Positions 10,700 to 25,405 of a stretch of 64,000 nucleotides of DNA are shown here, piece by piece (positions within the stretch are counted from its first letter, which is position 1; each line of letters begins with the position of its first letter). The notes under the pieces are model-generated. The model did no database searches. It had not been told where the DNA came from and saw only the letters and a list, made by a program, of their open reading frames with translations. Source of the stretch: an uncultured Nitrososphaeraceae archaeon (GTDB lineage: Archaea; Thermoproteota; Nitrososphaeria; Nitrososphaerales; Nitrososphaeraceae). A program made the translations under genes and the position numbers. The stretch lies in contig CAVXZB010000084.1 in the NCBI GenBank assembly GCA_963765895.1, forward strand, positions 128,001 through 192,000, read 5' to 3'.

Positions 10700-11794
10700 C
10701 TAGCTAATCCCATTATCTAGACGCTCAATAAATATCTCAAGTTTATCTCTAGGTACAACCGCTCCACATGCTCTGTCATGACCTCCTCCGCTTCCTCCAA
10801 TTTCCAAGGCTACATCATTAACTAATCTACCTAGGTGAGTTTTGCAATCCTTAGAACCACGGATCGAAATAACATATGATTTAATCTCATCTCTAAATTT
10901 ATAGACCATCGCAGCTGGTTTTTCAGATGCACCCAAAACGAAATTGACTACCATACTAGAAGCCAAGTCCAAGTTGCTATGTGCATAAGCGAGATTTTTA
11001 CGCTTTACGGTAGAGTCATGAAGCGATTTTACACTTTCTGAAATCCTTTTCGCATATCTTTGGGCAATCAAGAAGCCTCCTTCAATGTCGTGTGGATATT
11101 TCATTTCGGACAAAACTTTTACCAAATTGTACAAGAATTCATCGTCATGCTGATTTGCAGAAATCATATAGGCCAATGCTGTCGATTCAAGCATAAGAAA
11201 CTGTCTATCGTATCTAGAGGTAATAGAAGAGGCAATTGGTTTATCCTCCATATAGTCAGTTAGTGCACCAGCCGCGGCAAAGAACGATGCACGAGGATCG
11301 AGTCTTCTTTTAAATGTCTTGTAAATCTGGACGCTTGTACACTCTTGGAGTGAGTGAATTAATTTAACCCCAATTTTTTTTAGTAGATTAATCGTATCTT
11401 GACTTAGGTCATGATGATCTATGTATGTTACCTTGTAGCCATTTGCAATGATTTTTTTGATACTTTCTATAAATCTTCTTTCAACTTTTCTATTCAACCC
11501 AAGATCGCAAATAAATAACATTCCAGATTTACCGCTTCCATCAAATCCTGCTGTTAGTTCAATAATTTGGTTAAGCTTGGAAATAATGTTGGCATAATCA
11601 ACTAGCATAACCGATATTGTGGACTTGTATGCAGCCGTAATCAATATAGAAGACGCTAACCCATCGACATCTTCTTTGTGTGAAAGACAAATGACCCTTG
11701 ATTTTCTAGCATATTCATATCTATCTGAGATATTTGCTGACACCGACCTCGAATGATTATTCGTTACTGCATTTGATGAACTCAAATAGATCAT
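10700..11794 (-). CDS. DHH/DHHA1-family phosphoesterase
   Basis: SHKEDVDG, ICDLG, IDHH, ISIRG and GGGHDRACG motifs. Confidence 0.9.
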   Translation of the reverse strand: MIYLSSSNAVTNNHSRSVSANISDRYEYARKSRVICLSHKEDVDGLASSILITAAYKSTISVMLVDYANIISKLNQIIELTAGFDGSGKSGMLFICDLGLNRKVERRFIESIKKIIANGYKVTYIDHHDLSQDTINLLKKIGVKLIHSLQECTSVQIYKTFKRRLDPRASFFAAAGALTDYMEDKPIASSITSRYDRQFLMLESTALAYMISANQHDDEFLYNLVKVLSEMKYPHDIEGGFLIAQRYAKRISESVKSLHDSTVKRKNLAYAHSNLDLASSMVVNFVLGASEKPAAMVYKFRDEIKSYVISIRGSKDCKTHLGRLVNDVALEIGGSGGGHDRACGAVVPRDKLEIFIERLDNGIS

Positions 11795-12104
11795 TATCTG
11801 TTACTTTCGATCTGGACGTATATTACCCCAAATTTAATGTATCGTATACCGCGTATCAAAAATAGTAAAATCAATCGTCATAAACCAGTTCAACCAACAT
11901 AAAACACATAGATTTTCAAATCATACGATATAGTAAAAAAAAGTTACACAGGATCAATCAACAGGTAAATACAGCGAATGCACATATCCTTTACGTATTC
12001 TAATGCACTATTAGCGACTATCCAACTAGGTGGTATTCCACATATTGCGGAATTAACAAACGATAACAAAGTATGTCATTCGTTTGAATAATACAGCAAA
12101 TTTA

Positions 12105-15063
<2,959 letters not shown>

Positions 15064-15352
15064 AATTATTTTGCAGGGATTTTCAATTCTCGCAAAGTTC
15101 TAGTGGTTAGTCAACATCATAATACATTAGAGGTTTACGCGAATATATACACGCAAATATTCGAGTCTTACCTCTCCACATAATTTACTTCTGTCAGATT
15201 TACTAGGATATATTTTCACACATCCTAGCAACATTACATGTGGCTGTTGATTGATCCTATGCATGACAGTCATAGCGACCTTCAGGATCGCTCTGTCCTT
15301 CATTCTCTGTGTATAAGACAGAGAACTGCATTATACTTCCGTCATCTTTTTC

Positions 15353-15387
15353 CGATCACACAACCCTTTACACAATGTTATCCGGCC
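15353..15387 (-). other. 3' arm of the 16S precursor processing stem (pairs with about 16894-16930)
   Basis: CGATCACACAACCC...GTTATCCGGCC is the inverted complement of GGCCGGATAAC...GGGTTGTGTGATCG upstream of the 16S gene. Confidence 0.75.
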
Positions 15388-15396
15388 TCGAATTTA

Positions 15397-16865
<1,469 letters not shown>

Positions 16866-17068
16866 CGATCCATTTCGTGATTTTAAAGAGTACGGCCGGA
16901 TAACTTGTTTTTGTGCGGGTTGTGTGATCGTCAGATCCAATTCTTTGAATCAGATCTCCATATTATAAGCGCAACTGGAGGTCAGTGAATCATAGCATGG
17001 CTCTAAGACCAAAATCATCACCAACGCCGCCTATTACATTGCGTTTAGTGTCTTCTAACATAATTAGA

Positions 17069-17081
17069 ATATAAATCTTCG
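17069..17081 (-). promoter_or_regulatory. Candidate BRE/TATA promoter of the rRNA operon
   Basis: Minus strand CGAAGA-TTTATAT lies about 200 nt upstream of the 16S 5' end, ahead of the processing stem. Confidence 0.45.
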
Positions 17082-17279
17082 CAAGCAGAGGGATCCAGTA
17101 CACCGCACCATTGATTTAACATGAAAGACATAGAGCATTGAAATTATGCAGTCGTAGGATGATGTAATAAGATGATTAATACATATAGCGATCCCTCTAT
17201 GAGTAACAACATACTATCCTCATGGATTACATTTACAAACAAATAAAGATACAAGTAAATTATACCCTGGCAGTTACAA

Positions 17280-18629
17280 TTGAACGACTCTAAATATGAG
17301 AGTAGGTATAGACGTAATACCATAAAGTCAAGGCACCTCTATGCTAAGTCTACGGATATTTTTCCTGGTGGAATAAGTCACAACATTCGCTATTTTCAAC
17401 CATATCCTTTCTTTGTTAACAAATCTAAAGGCAAGAACTTGTACGATATCGATGGGAATACATATACAGACTACTGGATGGGTCATTGGGCCCTCATACT
17501 TGGACACGCATCAAGGTCCATTACTAATGCATTATCAGCGCAGGTAAGGAAGGGCACTCTGTACGGAACTGTCAATGATACAAGTGTAGAGCTTGGCACC
17601 TTAATTCAAAAAATCATGCCACTAGCAGAGCTTTTACGTTTCAGCAGTACTGGGTCCGAGGCAACAATGTACGCTGTTCGTCTAGCACGCGCAAAAACCG
17701 GGAGGAGGGTTGTTGCTAAAATTATCGGCGGCTGGCACGGTTTTAACACTCCATTACTTCAAACAGTAAATTACCCTTTTGAATACGACGAAGGCCCAGG
17801 CTTGATTCAGGACGAGGAACAGTTCGTTGAGTCCATTCCATTTAATGATCTGGATCGATCTATAAAAGTTCTTGAATCTATCAAAGATGACCTTGCTGGA
17901 ATAATTGTCGAACCTGTTTTAGGAGGTGCAGGTTGCATACCACCCGAAGAAGGTTACTTAATTGGTCTTCAAGAATTTGCTAGGAAAAATGCCAGCGTGT
18001 TCATACTCGATGAGATTGTAACTGGCTTCAGGCTATCTCTGGGAGGCGCCATTGACTACTATAAATTGGATCCAGATCTGTTTACTTTGGGCAAAATAGT
18101 TGGTGGCGGAATGCCAATAGGAGTTCTGTGTGGCAAGAGAGAAATAATGTCTCATGCAGATCCTGTCAAGAGAAACTCCAAACAATCGTGCTGCGCTATT
18201 GGTGGCGGAACTTTTTCAGCAAATCCAATGACAATGACTGCAGGTATGGCCAGCCTCACTTACCTTATGAAAAATAAAGATTCAGTCTATTCAAAGATAG
18301 ACAAACTTGGCAATCAGACTAGAAAAGGTCTGGCCAAGATTTTTTCAGAGGCAAGGGTTCCAGTTGAGGTTACCGGTGTTGGCTCAATTTTCTGCACTCA
18401 TTTTCTGAATAACAAGCTAGATCGAATTCGTGATGCCACCGACGTAAGCGTGTCCGATAGAAATATGTTGAGACGATACCATTTCGCATTAATGTCAAAC
18501 CATGGAATATTTTTTCTTCCTTTGAAGATGGGGGCATTTTCCGAGGCTCATGGCGAGCGTGATGTCAAGGCGCTATTGGATTCTACACATACCATTCTAT
18601 CATCTGGTAATATACTTGCAAGTAAGTAA
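17280..18629 (+). CDS. hemL: Glutamate-1-semialdehyde 2,1-aminomutase (class III aminotransferase)
   Basis: FPGG, DIDGNTYTDY, STGSEAT, FILDEIVTGFR, LGKIVGGGMP (PLP lysine) and GGTFSANP. Confidence 0.85.
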   Translation: MNDSKYESRYRRNTIKSRHLYAKSTDIFPGGISHNIRYFQPYPFFVNKSKGKNLYDIDGNTYTDYWMGHWALILGHASRSITNALSAQVRKGTLYGTVNDTSVELGTLIQKIMPLAELLRFSSTGSEATMYAVRLARAKTGRRVVAKIIGGWHGFNTPLLQTVNYPFEYDEGPGLIQDEEQFVESIPFNDLDRSIKVLESIKDDLAGIIVEPVLGGAGCIPPEEGYLIGLQEFARKNASVFILDEIVTGFRLSLGGAIDYYKLDPDLFTLGKIVGGGMPIGVLCGKREIMSHADPVKRNSKQSCCAIGGGTFSANPMTMTAGMASLTYLMKNKDSVYSKIDKLGNQTRKGLAKIFSEARVPVEVTGVGSIFCTHFLNNKLDRIRDATDVSVSDRNMLRRYHFALMSNHGIFFLPLKMGAFSEAHGERDVKALLDSTHTILSSGNILASK

Positions 18630-18801
18630 TTCTGAACTGGTCAGGAATTGTAATTATTTAAAAATAATCAGAATGAAAAAAATAGTATTTTGTGCTAATA
18701 TCGTACGAAATATCGATAATTTAATATATTATATGTAATAGATCTGCTAAACCCCCTTTGCAGTACAAAATTTTTATATTAGATGGCTGAATTAGGTATA
18801 G

Positions 18802-18930
18802 ATGTCCGTTCTTATGATGATTAAAGTGGATGAAGAAAGCCTTTACGGAATAAAAATTTGCGAAAAATGTGGTCGATCTATCAGAAAATATGATAAATGT
18901 GATTGTGAAATGATAGATTGGGCCGACTAA
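18802..18930 (+). CDS. Putative 42-aa Cys-rich (zinc-binding) microprotein
   Basis: MSVLMMIKVDEESLYGIKICEKCGRSIRKYDKCDCEMIDWAD*. TTTATAT at about 18773-18779 lies roughly 23 nt upstream, consistent with a leaderless transcript. Confidence 0.55.
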   Translation: MSVLMMIKVDEESLYGIKICEKCGRSIRKYDKCDCEMIDWAD

Positions 18931-19091
18931 CTCTGATCTGGTCCGAAACAAGTTAAGAAATCCTATTAGATAGGTAAACTTGAATATTCCAATCCTAGAA
19001 GCAAGAGCTAAGTTATTTTGGCCTCCCTAGGTTGAGAGTGGATATAATATTATATGATCGGTTGATATAGTACAACTCAGCAATCGGGTAT

Positions 19092-20540
19092 TTGTTGCTG
19101 TCTCAAAAGAAAACAACAAGAGAACCATTTTCTATCAAAGAAAGTAATCCAAGCTCTCGATCTTTAACTATCCCTAATGGCTTTTCTGATTCTAGCTCTG
19201 CACCTAACCAACCTACGGCCGACTCTGGTTTAAAAAGAAAGGTATGGATAGAGGCCTATGGCTGTCCTTCAAATATTGCGGATTCTGAAATTATTGGAGG
19301 ATTACTTACTGCTGATGGGTTTGAATTGGCAAAAAATCAAACTGAAGCAGATGCCAGTATCATAGTAACGTGCTCGGTTAAGGATTCAACAGAACATAAG
19401 ATGATTCATCGAATTAAAGAAGTTACAAAGTCAGGCAGACCAGTTGTTGTTGCAGGTTGTCTTGCAAAGGCAGACAGTAGCAAAGTTGAATCTGTGAATT
19501 CTAAGATCTCTTTGATAGGTCCTAATTCTATCGATAGCACAGTCCATGTTGTTAGATCTGCATTTAATAACAAAAAAGTTTTGGCACTTGAGGACTCGGT
19601 ATTGCCTAAACTGAATCTGCCGAGAGCTCGATCTAATAGCATTATTTCAATAGTAGAAATAGCGAACGGATGTCTCAGTGAATGTAGCTTTTGTCAAACT
19701 AAAATTGCTAGAGGCTGGCTAAAGAGCTATCGTATTGGCGATATAATTAGACAGATAAGCCGAGATATATTCGAGGGATATAAGGAAATATGGCTGTCTT
19801 CTACCGATAATGGATGCTATGGTAGAGACATAGGTCTAGACCTGGTCGATTTATTAGATTCGGCCGTCAGCATTGATGCCAACTTTATGATAAGAGTTGG
19901 AATGATGAATCCGATGTATATCCCAAGTATGGAAGGGAAATTAGTCAAGATTTTTAAACAGAATAAAAAAATATTCAAGTTCATTCATATTCCTGTCCAA
20001 AGCGGAAATGACAGAGTACTAAAAATGATGAAACGTGGTCACACTGTTGACATATTTAAAAGACTTGTAAAGATGCTTAGATATGAGATACCTAGAGTAA
20101 CAATTGCCACAGATATTATAGCAGGATTCCCGTCCGAATCCGAAGCTGAATTCCAAGATACACTTTCATTAATTTCAGAGGTTCGACCTGATGTTGTAAA
20201 CATTTCTAAATATAGTTCCAGACCTGGGACCAGAGCTGGGGAAATGAATAGATTGGATTCGCAGCTAGTGAAGAGTAGGACCGAACAACTTCATGTATTG
20301 GTCAAAAAAATATCGAATGAACAAAATCTAAATTGGAAAAATTGGAGGGGTGGCATTTTAGTTGATGAATTAACAACGGACGCATTGATCGGGAGGAATT
20401 TCGCTTATAAGCCGATTTTTGTCCCTTTTGCCCAGTGTGAACTATCAAAAGAGTCGGCTAAGGATAAGCTCGGTTCAGAAATTCAAGTTAAAGTAGAAGA
20501 TGTTTCTCCGAATGCATTGCGTGGTAGTCTGCTGCAATAA
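19092..20540 (+). CDS. MiaB-like radical SAM tRNA methylthiotransferase (archaeal t6A37 MtaB type)
   Basis: UPF0004 domain (YGC...TCSV...AGC), CLSECSFC radical SAM motif, HIPVQSG, and C-terminal TRAM-like domain. Confidence 0.92.
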   Translation: MLLSQKKTTREPFSIKESNPSSRSLTIPNGFSDSSSAPNQPTADSGLKRKVWIEAYGCPSNIADSEIIGGLLTADGFELAKNQTEADASIIVTCSVKDSTEHKMIHRIKEVTKSGRPVVVAGCLAKADSSKVESVNSKISLIGPNSIDSTVHVVRSAFNNKKVLALEDSVLPKLNLPRARSNSIISIVEIANGCLSECSFCQTKIARGWLKSYRIGDIIRQISRDIFEGYKEIWLSSTDNGCYGRDIGLDLVDLLDSAVSIDANFMIRVGMMNPMYIPSMEGKLVKIFKQNKKIFKFIHIPVQSGNDRVLKMMKRGHTVDIFKRLVKMLRYEIPRVTIATDIIAGFPSESEAEFQDTLSLISEVRPDVVNISKYSSRPGTRAGEMNRLDSQLVKSRTEQLHVLVKKISNEQNLNWKNWRGGILVDELTTDALIGRNFAYKPIFVPFAQCELSKESAKDKLGSEIQVKVEDVSPNALRGSLLQ

Positions 20541-20573
20541 ACTGAGAAACGGATATGAGGTTCTATGTGAAAA

Positions 20574-21200
20574 TCAGTATATCTTGATTGATCCAAGAAT
20601 TTTATTTACTACAGGTAACTGTTTCACAAACTCGCGTTGGGCATCGATATATGAAAATGTATATTTCTTCCCATTACTTACTGTCCAAATATCCATAGAT
20701 TTAAGAGGGAAAGTCAGTGATGGATCGTCACTGTTATAAGAGTAAAGTATTTTTTTTGCTACATGATCACCGAGTTTAGTAGTATTTGATTCAATCAGAT
20801 GAAAATTATCAACTTTTGCGGCCTCAGCCATGTTGGAGCGAGTTAGATCATCCAATGTTTTACTACTTTGTGGTAAAGCCCCTATCGAGACGAGAATAAC
20901 TGGTGGAATGGTTTCCATATCACTTTGTCTAGTCGAATTTAGTCTGATAACTGTGGTCTGACCTAATTTTTGAGTTGATACAGGCCAATCCTTTGGATGT
21001 TGGAGCTTAATCCCCAAAGACGGATTCTCGTAAGGCTCGAAGACCATAGTACGCTTATTAGCAGTTGCATTATTATTTTGAATATGATTCATCTGTGCCA
21101 TCGCCTGAGTAAGCGAAGCAGAAGCTAATACAATGGATGTAATGGTACAGATTGTCCCCAATATCACTATATTGAGCTTTCGATCGATAGGCTCTAGCAT
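20574..21200 (-). CDS. Secreted PsbP-like protein
   Basis: Signal/TM helix, YENPSLGIKLQHPKDW, and terminal NKILGSIKI. Confidence 0.75.
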   Translation of the reverse strand: MLEPIDRKLNIVILGTICTITSIVLASASLTQAMAQMNHIQNNNATANKRTMVFEPYENPSLGIKLQHPKDWPVSTQKLGQTTVIRLNSTRQSDMETIPPVILVSIGALPQSSKTLDDLTRSNMAEAAKVDNFHLIESNTTKLGDHVAKKILYSYNSDDPSLTFPLKSMDIWTVSNGKKYTFSYIDAQREFVKQLPVVNKILGSIKIY

Positions 21201-21381
21201 TTCGATAAGTTGGCTATATTATCGTCAAGTATAAGATTCTATTGTTGATTACTGTTAAATCATGGAAAGCAGGTAATCTGCAGAATGATTAAAGGTCAAC
21301 TTGTACGGCTGTACATGATTCAGTACTTGCGATTCATTTACGGATTCTTTTATTTGAGCTCTATCTCCATTCCAATGATTC

Positions 21382-21717
21382 TTAGGCCTGGTTCGTCTGT
21401 TCAACCGGCACAGTCTCTGATGGTTTCGGTTTTGTTTCTGCCTTTGTCTCTTCAAATAGAGATACTACCAGTGTATCGTTCTCGTCCTTTACCATCTTTA
21501 CTCGAATCTTTCTCGGCGGATTCGTCTTACCCTTTCTCCAGACGTGTCTGTTCAGATCTTGATCAAGTTTAACATCATCAGTCTTCATATGCTTTGTCGC
21601 AAACTCCCTTATCATATTGACTACTCTATCTGTTCTCTTATAGGAGGGGGTTATCCACGCCTTGCCTAAATTAATTGTATATACACGACTATCACTTTCT
21701 TCAGAACTACTAGACAT
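21382..21717 (-). CDS. rpl31e: 50S ribosomal protein L31e
   Basis: YTINL...KRTDRVVNMIREF...LNRHVWRKG...PPRKIRV. Confidence 0.95.
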   Translation of the reverse strand: MSSSSEESDSRVYTINLGKAWITPSYKRTDRVVNMIREFATKHMKTDDVKLDQDLNRHVWRKGKTNPPRKIRVKMVKDENDTLVVSLFEETKAETKPKPSETVPVEQTNQA

Positions 21718-21733
21718 CTAACTCATACATCCT

Positions 21734-21892
21734 CTATCCAACATTTACATCAGTTTTACGCCATAATCTACGTTTCGGATTAGTTCTCACATGTCTGTGA
21801 GTTCTTATTATAACCCATGCCGGCACTGGTCTATTCTGTTTAGTCTTTCTTAAGAGTCTTCTTTTTCTTGAAGTATTTTTCCTGGCCGCCAT
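21734..21892 (-). CDS. rpl39e: 50S ribosomal protein L39e (52 aa, below the ORF-track cutoff)
   Basis: MAARKNTSRKRRLLRKTKQNRPVPAWVIIRTHRHVRTNPKRRLWRKTDVNVG, in the canonical position upstream of rpl31e. Confidence 0.95.
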   Translation of the reverse strand: MAARKNTSRKRRLLRKTKQNRPVPAWVIIRTHRHVRTNPKRRLWRKTDVNVG

Positions 21893-21985
21893 ATTAATCG
21901 AAGAGTATTTACCCCTATTTTTAAGTGTTATTCGTTAGGGTTAAATCGTTTTATTAATTTAGCCTCTTGGGAAAAGATTAATTAT

Positions 21986-22841
21986 GTGAAGTCCCTCCCA
22001 CCTGACTATACTAGTATGACTGATTGGGATCTTCTTACTCCCGGTATCGGTTTGACATCGATTGGTATAGTTGGAGTAGGAATTTCGCTAGCTGGAATAG
22101 CGAAGACCTTCGTGGAAGGAATGCACGCCGTCTCCCTCTTGACCATGCTAATCGGAATGATTTTTCTTGCATCTGGCCTTTTCAAGGACGGATTTCCAAC
22201 TTCTGGCAGAGCTAAATCTGCTACTTTAATTACATTAGGATTCTTGGTCACTTTTGGTGTGGCAGACGGCAGTTACGGTCAGTACTCAAGTCCCTAGTAT
22301 ATTTGCCTATATCGGTTTAATGATGATCATAGGGGTACCAGGTGCCGTCATTGCAGTGGCTTCAGCCAAGAGGACACAATACATAAAGGCCCTGTCCATT
22401 ATGTTCATTTCAGCAGCAGTAGTCGGAGGTATCACTTTTTACGCCTTTGGTCTAGTAACTCCAAAACCGCCTTCTGCTTCGAGTCAAAATGCTACAAATA
22501 GTGCGCAAGCTGGGTCAGGAACGCCAAAGACTGTGGAGTTAAAAAAAGGCACTCTAATATCAAAAATTTCGATAATGCCTGGTGCGTCGGCCAAAGGAAA
22601 TCCAAATTTTAATCCAAAGGCTCTACTCGTAACAAAGAACGCTGGCATAATTTGGACAAATAACGACAATGTTCCTCACACGGTCACAAGCTTTAAGGAT
22701 CAAGGAAAAACATTCGATTCTTCCATTATCATGCCAAAGAAAACTTTTACATTAGACGTTTCCAAGCTGTCACCTAATGCATATGATTATTTTTGTACCA
22801 TTCATCCATTTATGAAAGCGAAGTTTACTGTTAAATCCTGA
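21986..22841 (+). CDS. Multi-pass membrane protein with C-terminal type-1 (blue) copper cupredoxin domain; split by a +1 frameshift at about 22265
   Basis: About 5 TM helices, then WTNND..PHTVT and YFCTIHPFM (His, Cys, His, Met ligands). Confidence 0.88.
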
Positions 22842-22934
22842 AAAATCAAGGTAGCAAATCGCATTTGAAATTTCTACAAAATCACTGAGAGTACTATGGA
22901 ATATTGTATGCAACATATTTTAGAAAGTCGTTAA

Positions 22935-23372
22935 TTGATCTATAAGAATAAGCGAGTGAAAACAAGATTAAGGATTAACCAGACTCAACTAACTGAACTA
23001 GTTGATATTGCAACATCTTCTCTACCAAATGAATCCTGTGCGTTGTTAGCTGGAGAAGTCAAAGATATGAAAATCTGGAAGGACATAAGGGTTATAGAAA
23101 TTTTCGCAGTTAGGAATGCAGATCAGTCTGTTATAAGCTTTAGTGTAGATGAGATGGAGTTAATCAAATTATATGAAAGAGCCGAAGCGAAAGGACTGCA
23201 AATAGTTGGTATATTTCATTCACATCCTTCTAGACCAGCCCCGTCTTCAACTGATGTTGAATTCATGAGAATCAATCCTATTGTATGGCTTATTTATTCT
23301 AGTATCACGCACGAATTTAGGGCATATATTCTTGAAAACGAATTAGAAGACGTTGAAATGGAGTCAACTTAG
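22935..23372 (+). CDS. JAMM/MPN+ (M67) metalloprotease
   Basis: PNESCALL and IFHSHP..PAPSSTD JAMM motif. Confidence 0.9.
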   Translation: MIYKNKRVKTRLRINQTQLTELVDIATSSLPNESCALLAGEVKDMKIWKDIRVIEIFAVRNADQSVISFSVDEMELIKLYERAEAKGLQIVGIFHSHPSRPAPSSTDVEFMRINPIVWLIYSSITHEFRAYILENELEDVEMEST

Positions 23373-24679
23373 GGATGTAGACGCTGGGTATCTCGTGGGT
23401 AAAGAACTACCTCTCTGACATTTTGCGTGTTTGTTAATACCATCATCAACCTATCTAAACCAAGGCCCCATCCTGAATGTGGGGGCATCCCCCATTCAAA
23501 TGCTTTCAGGTGATCCTCAAATCCGGCAGGATCTAATCCTTGGTCTATAATTCTTTTACGCAGTTTGCTCCTATCATGCTGTCTTCTTCCTCCTGATATC
23601 AATTCAAGGTATCCGAATTGCAAATCAAAGGATTCCGATAGAAATGGATCATTCTCTTTCTCATGAATGTAAAATGGTTTTAATTTTAATGGCCAGTCGG
23701 TTATAAAATAAAATCCTTTGTGAATTTGGCCAAGTTTTCTTAAGGCCGAATCAGATAAGTCATCGCCGTATTCTATTTTTTCGCCTTCATCAATTAATAC
23801 ATCTACGCAATGTTTGTAGGAAAATCGCTCAATTTTGGATCGGCTCAATTCAAGAATTGAATCTTTGTTGATATATGTTGATTCCCCCACTTCAAGGATA
23901 AGACTTAATTGGTTCAGAACATTTGCTAATATTTTCTCAGCAATGTCCATTACGTCATTATAATCAAGGAATGCCGCCTCGATATCGATGCTGATAAATT
24001 CGCTCAGATGTCTTACTGTATGTGACTTCTCAGCTCTAAAATATGGAGCAATTTCAAATACTCTATCCAAAGATAAAATTAATTGTTCTTTATAGAGTTG
24101 AGGGCTTTGAGCAAGGTAAGCTACCGTATCAAAGTAATTTACTGAAAACAAATTAGCACCACCTTCACTTGCGGTGCCAATGATTTTAGGTGTTTGAACC
24201 TCAATAAATCGCTCGGATTGCAATACTGATCTAATCACCTGAGTCATTGAAGATTTCAAACGGAAGATTTCAGAAATCTTAGGATTTCTTAGATCTAATG
24301 CCCTGGAATCTATTCTCTTATCTAATGCCGAGTCAATCCTACTGGCAGGATCTAGCGGAAGCGGCTGGACTGCTTTGGAAATTATATCAATGTTATCTAC
24401 CTTAACCTCTACATCAAAATCCTTAGCTTTTCCGACTTGAATGATGCCGGATACGATGACAATGCTGTGTCTTGTCAGATCCTTCAAGGCCAAGAGATAA
24501 TCTCCGGTAACTACAGTCTGTACTAGTCCACTCACGTCTCGAATGAGTAAGAAGACTAACTTTCCAATATCGCGAATCTCTTCTACCCAGCCAGCAATCT
24601 GGACCCTTTTCCCCAGGAGGTTCTTGTTGATTTGATTTGCGAAGTGTGATCTATGTATCCTATCGCCACTAGTCATCAC
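23369..24679 (-). CDS. aspS: Aspartyl-tRNA synthetase (archaeal, likely non-discriminating)
   Basis: OB fold, EGGANLF, LAQSPQLYK, FRAEKS, and GMPPHSGWGLGLDR. Confidence 0.97.
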   Translation of the reverse strand: MMTSGDRIHRSHFANQINKNLLGKRVQIAGWVEEIRDIGKLVFLLIRDVSGLVQTVVTGDYLLALKDLTRHSIVIVSGIIQVGKAKDFDVEVKVDNIDIISKAVQPLPLDPASRIDSALDKRIDSRALDLRNPKISEIFRLKSSMTQVIRSVLQSERFIEVQTPKIIGTASEGGANLFSVNYFDTVAYLAQSPQLYKEQLILSLDRVFEIAPYFRAEKSHTVRHLSEFISIDIEAAFLDYNDVMDIAEKILANVLNQLSLILEVGESTYINKDSILELSRSKIERFSYKHCVDVLIDEGEKIEYGDDLSDSALRKLGQIHKGFYFITDWPLKLKPFYIHEKENDPFLSESFDLQFGYLELISGGRRQHDRSKLRKRIIDQGLDPAGFEDHLKAFEWGMPPHSGWGLGLDRLMMVLTNTQNVREVVLYPRDTQRLHP

Positions 24680-24682
24680 TAT

Positions 24683-25216
24683 TCAGTCTCCAAGATTGCT
24701 TGCATTTTTAAGTTCGATTACCAACTCCATATTCTTTACCTGCTTTGCAATTTTCTGGATTTTTTTTGAATCTAATTCAGAACCCGTGCCGTGATTCTGT
24801 TCAACTATTATCTTCGTGACTTTGTTGCCGTCTGGTAGCCAAATCAAATTTATGTTCAAAACTCTAGTGGGAAAGAAAAGATTCTCAATAAATCTTCTAT
24901 CTGTAGAATCCCCTTCCACAAACCATACTCTAGACTGAAATTCTTTCTTGATCTTCGCAGCAACCGCAGAATTTCCTCTGAGCAAGATGATATCTGGACT
25001 TTTCAGTATTAGCACGAAAACATCATCTACTTTGGTCGCACCTATCAAGGTGAATTGATTTATATTTTGGTCGTGTTCGGCTAGTTTAGCAAGCCTCATA
25101 ACTCCCTCCACATCAGAGGGCGTTAGTTGTCCTGAGTCAACTTTTGACTCACATTTAGCACAGAGAACTCCTGTTTTGGCATCAAACGAACATATAGGCG
25201 TTTTCAAAGCAATCAC
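24683..25216 (-). CDS. NusA-like KH-domain protein with N-terminal Zn finger
   Basis: PICSFDAKTGVLCAKC; co-oriented directly upstream of aspS. Confidence 0.75.
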   Translation of the reverse strand: MIALKTPICSFDAKTGVLCAKCESKVDSGQLTPSDVEGVMRLAKLAEHDQNINQFTLIGATKVDDVFVLILKSPDIILLRGNSAVAAKIKKEFQSRVWFVEGDSTDRRFIENLFFPTRVLNINLIWLPDGNKVTKIIVEQNHGTGSELDSKKIQKIAKQVKNMELVIELKNASNLGD

Positions 25217-25405
25217 TAATCATAGAATTATAATATTTGAGAATTTTCTGTTATATAACCTGTTATGTAGTGTTCTAATCTAGAGGCTAGAGGATAAACT
25301 GCAATTGGAGGTAAATTTTGGTCTGAAGACAAACCCCTCCGATTATTTGATCCTAATTATGGGTACCCAGATAATATCAAACACCACACGCATCATTTAT
25401 TATCA

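Noticed and set aside
15064-15396. Possible tRNA in the 16S-23S spacer
   Set aside because: No cloverleaf or T-loop consensus is visible; a tRNA-less spacer is normal for this lineage.
18550-18951. ORF-track entries 18550..18738 (+) and 18721..18951 (-)
   Set aside because: The first overlaps the hemL end. The second is antisense to the better-supported Cys-rich microprotein.
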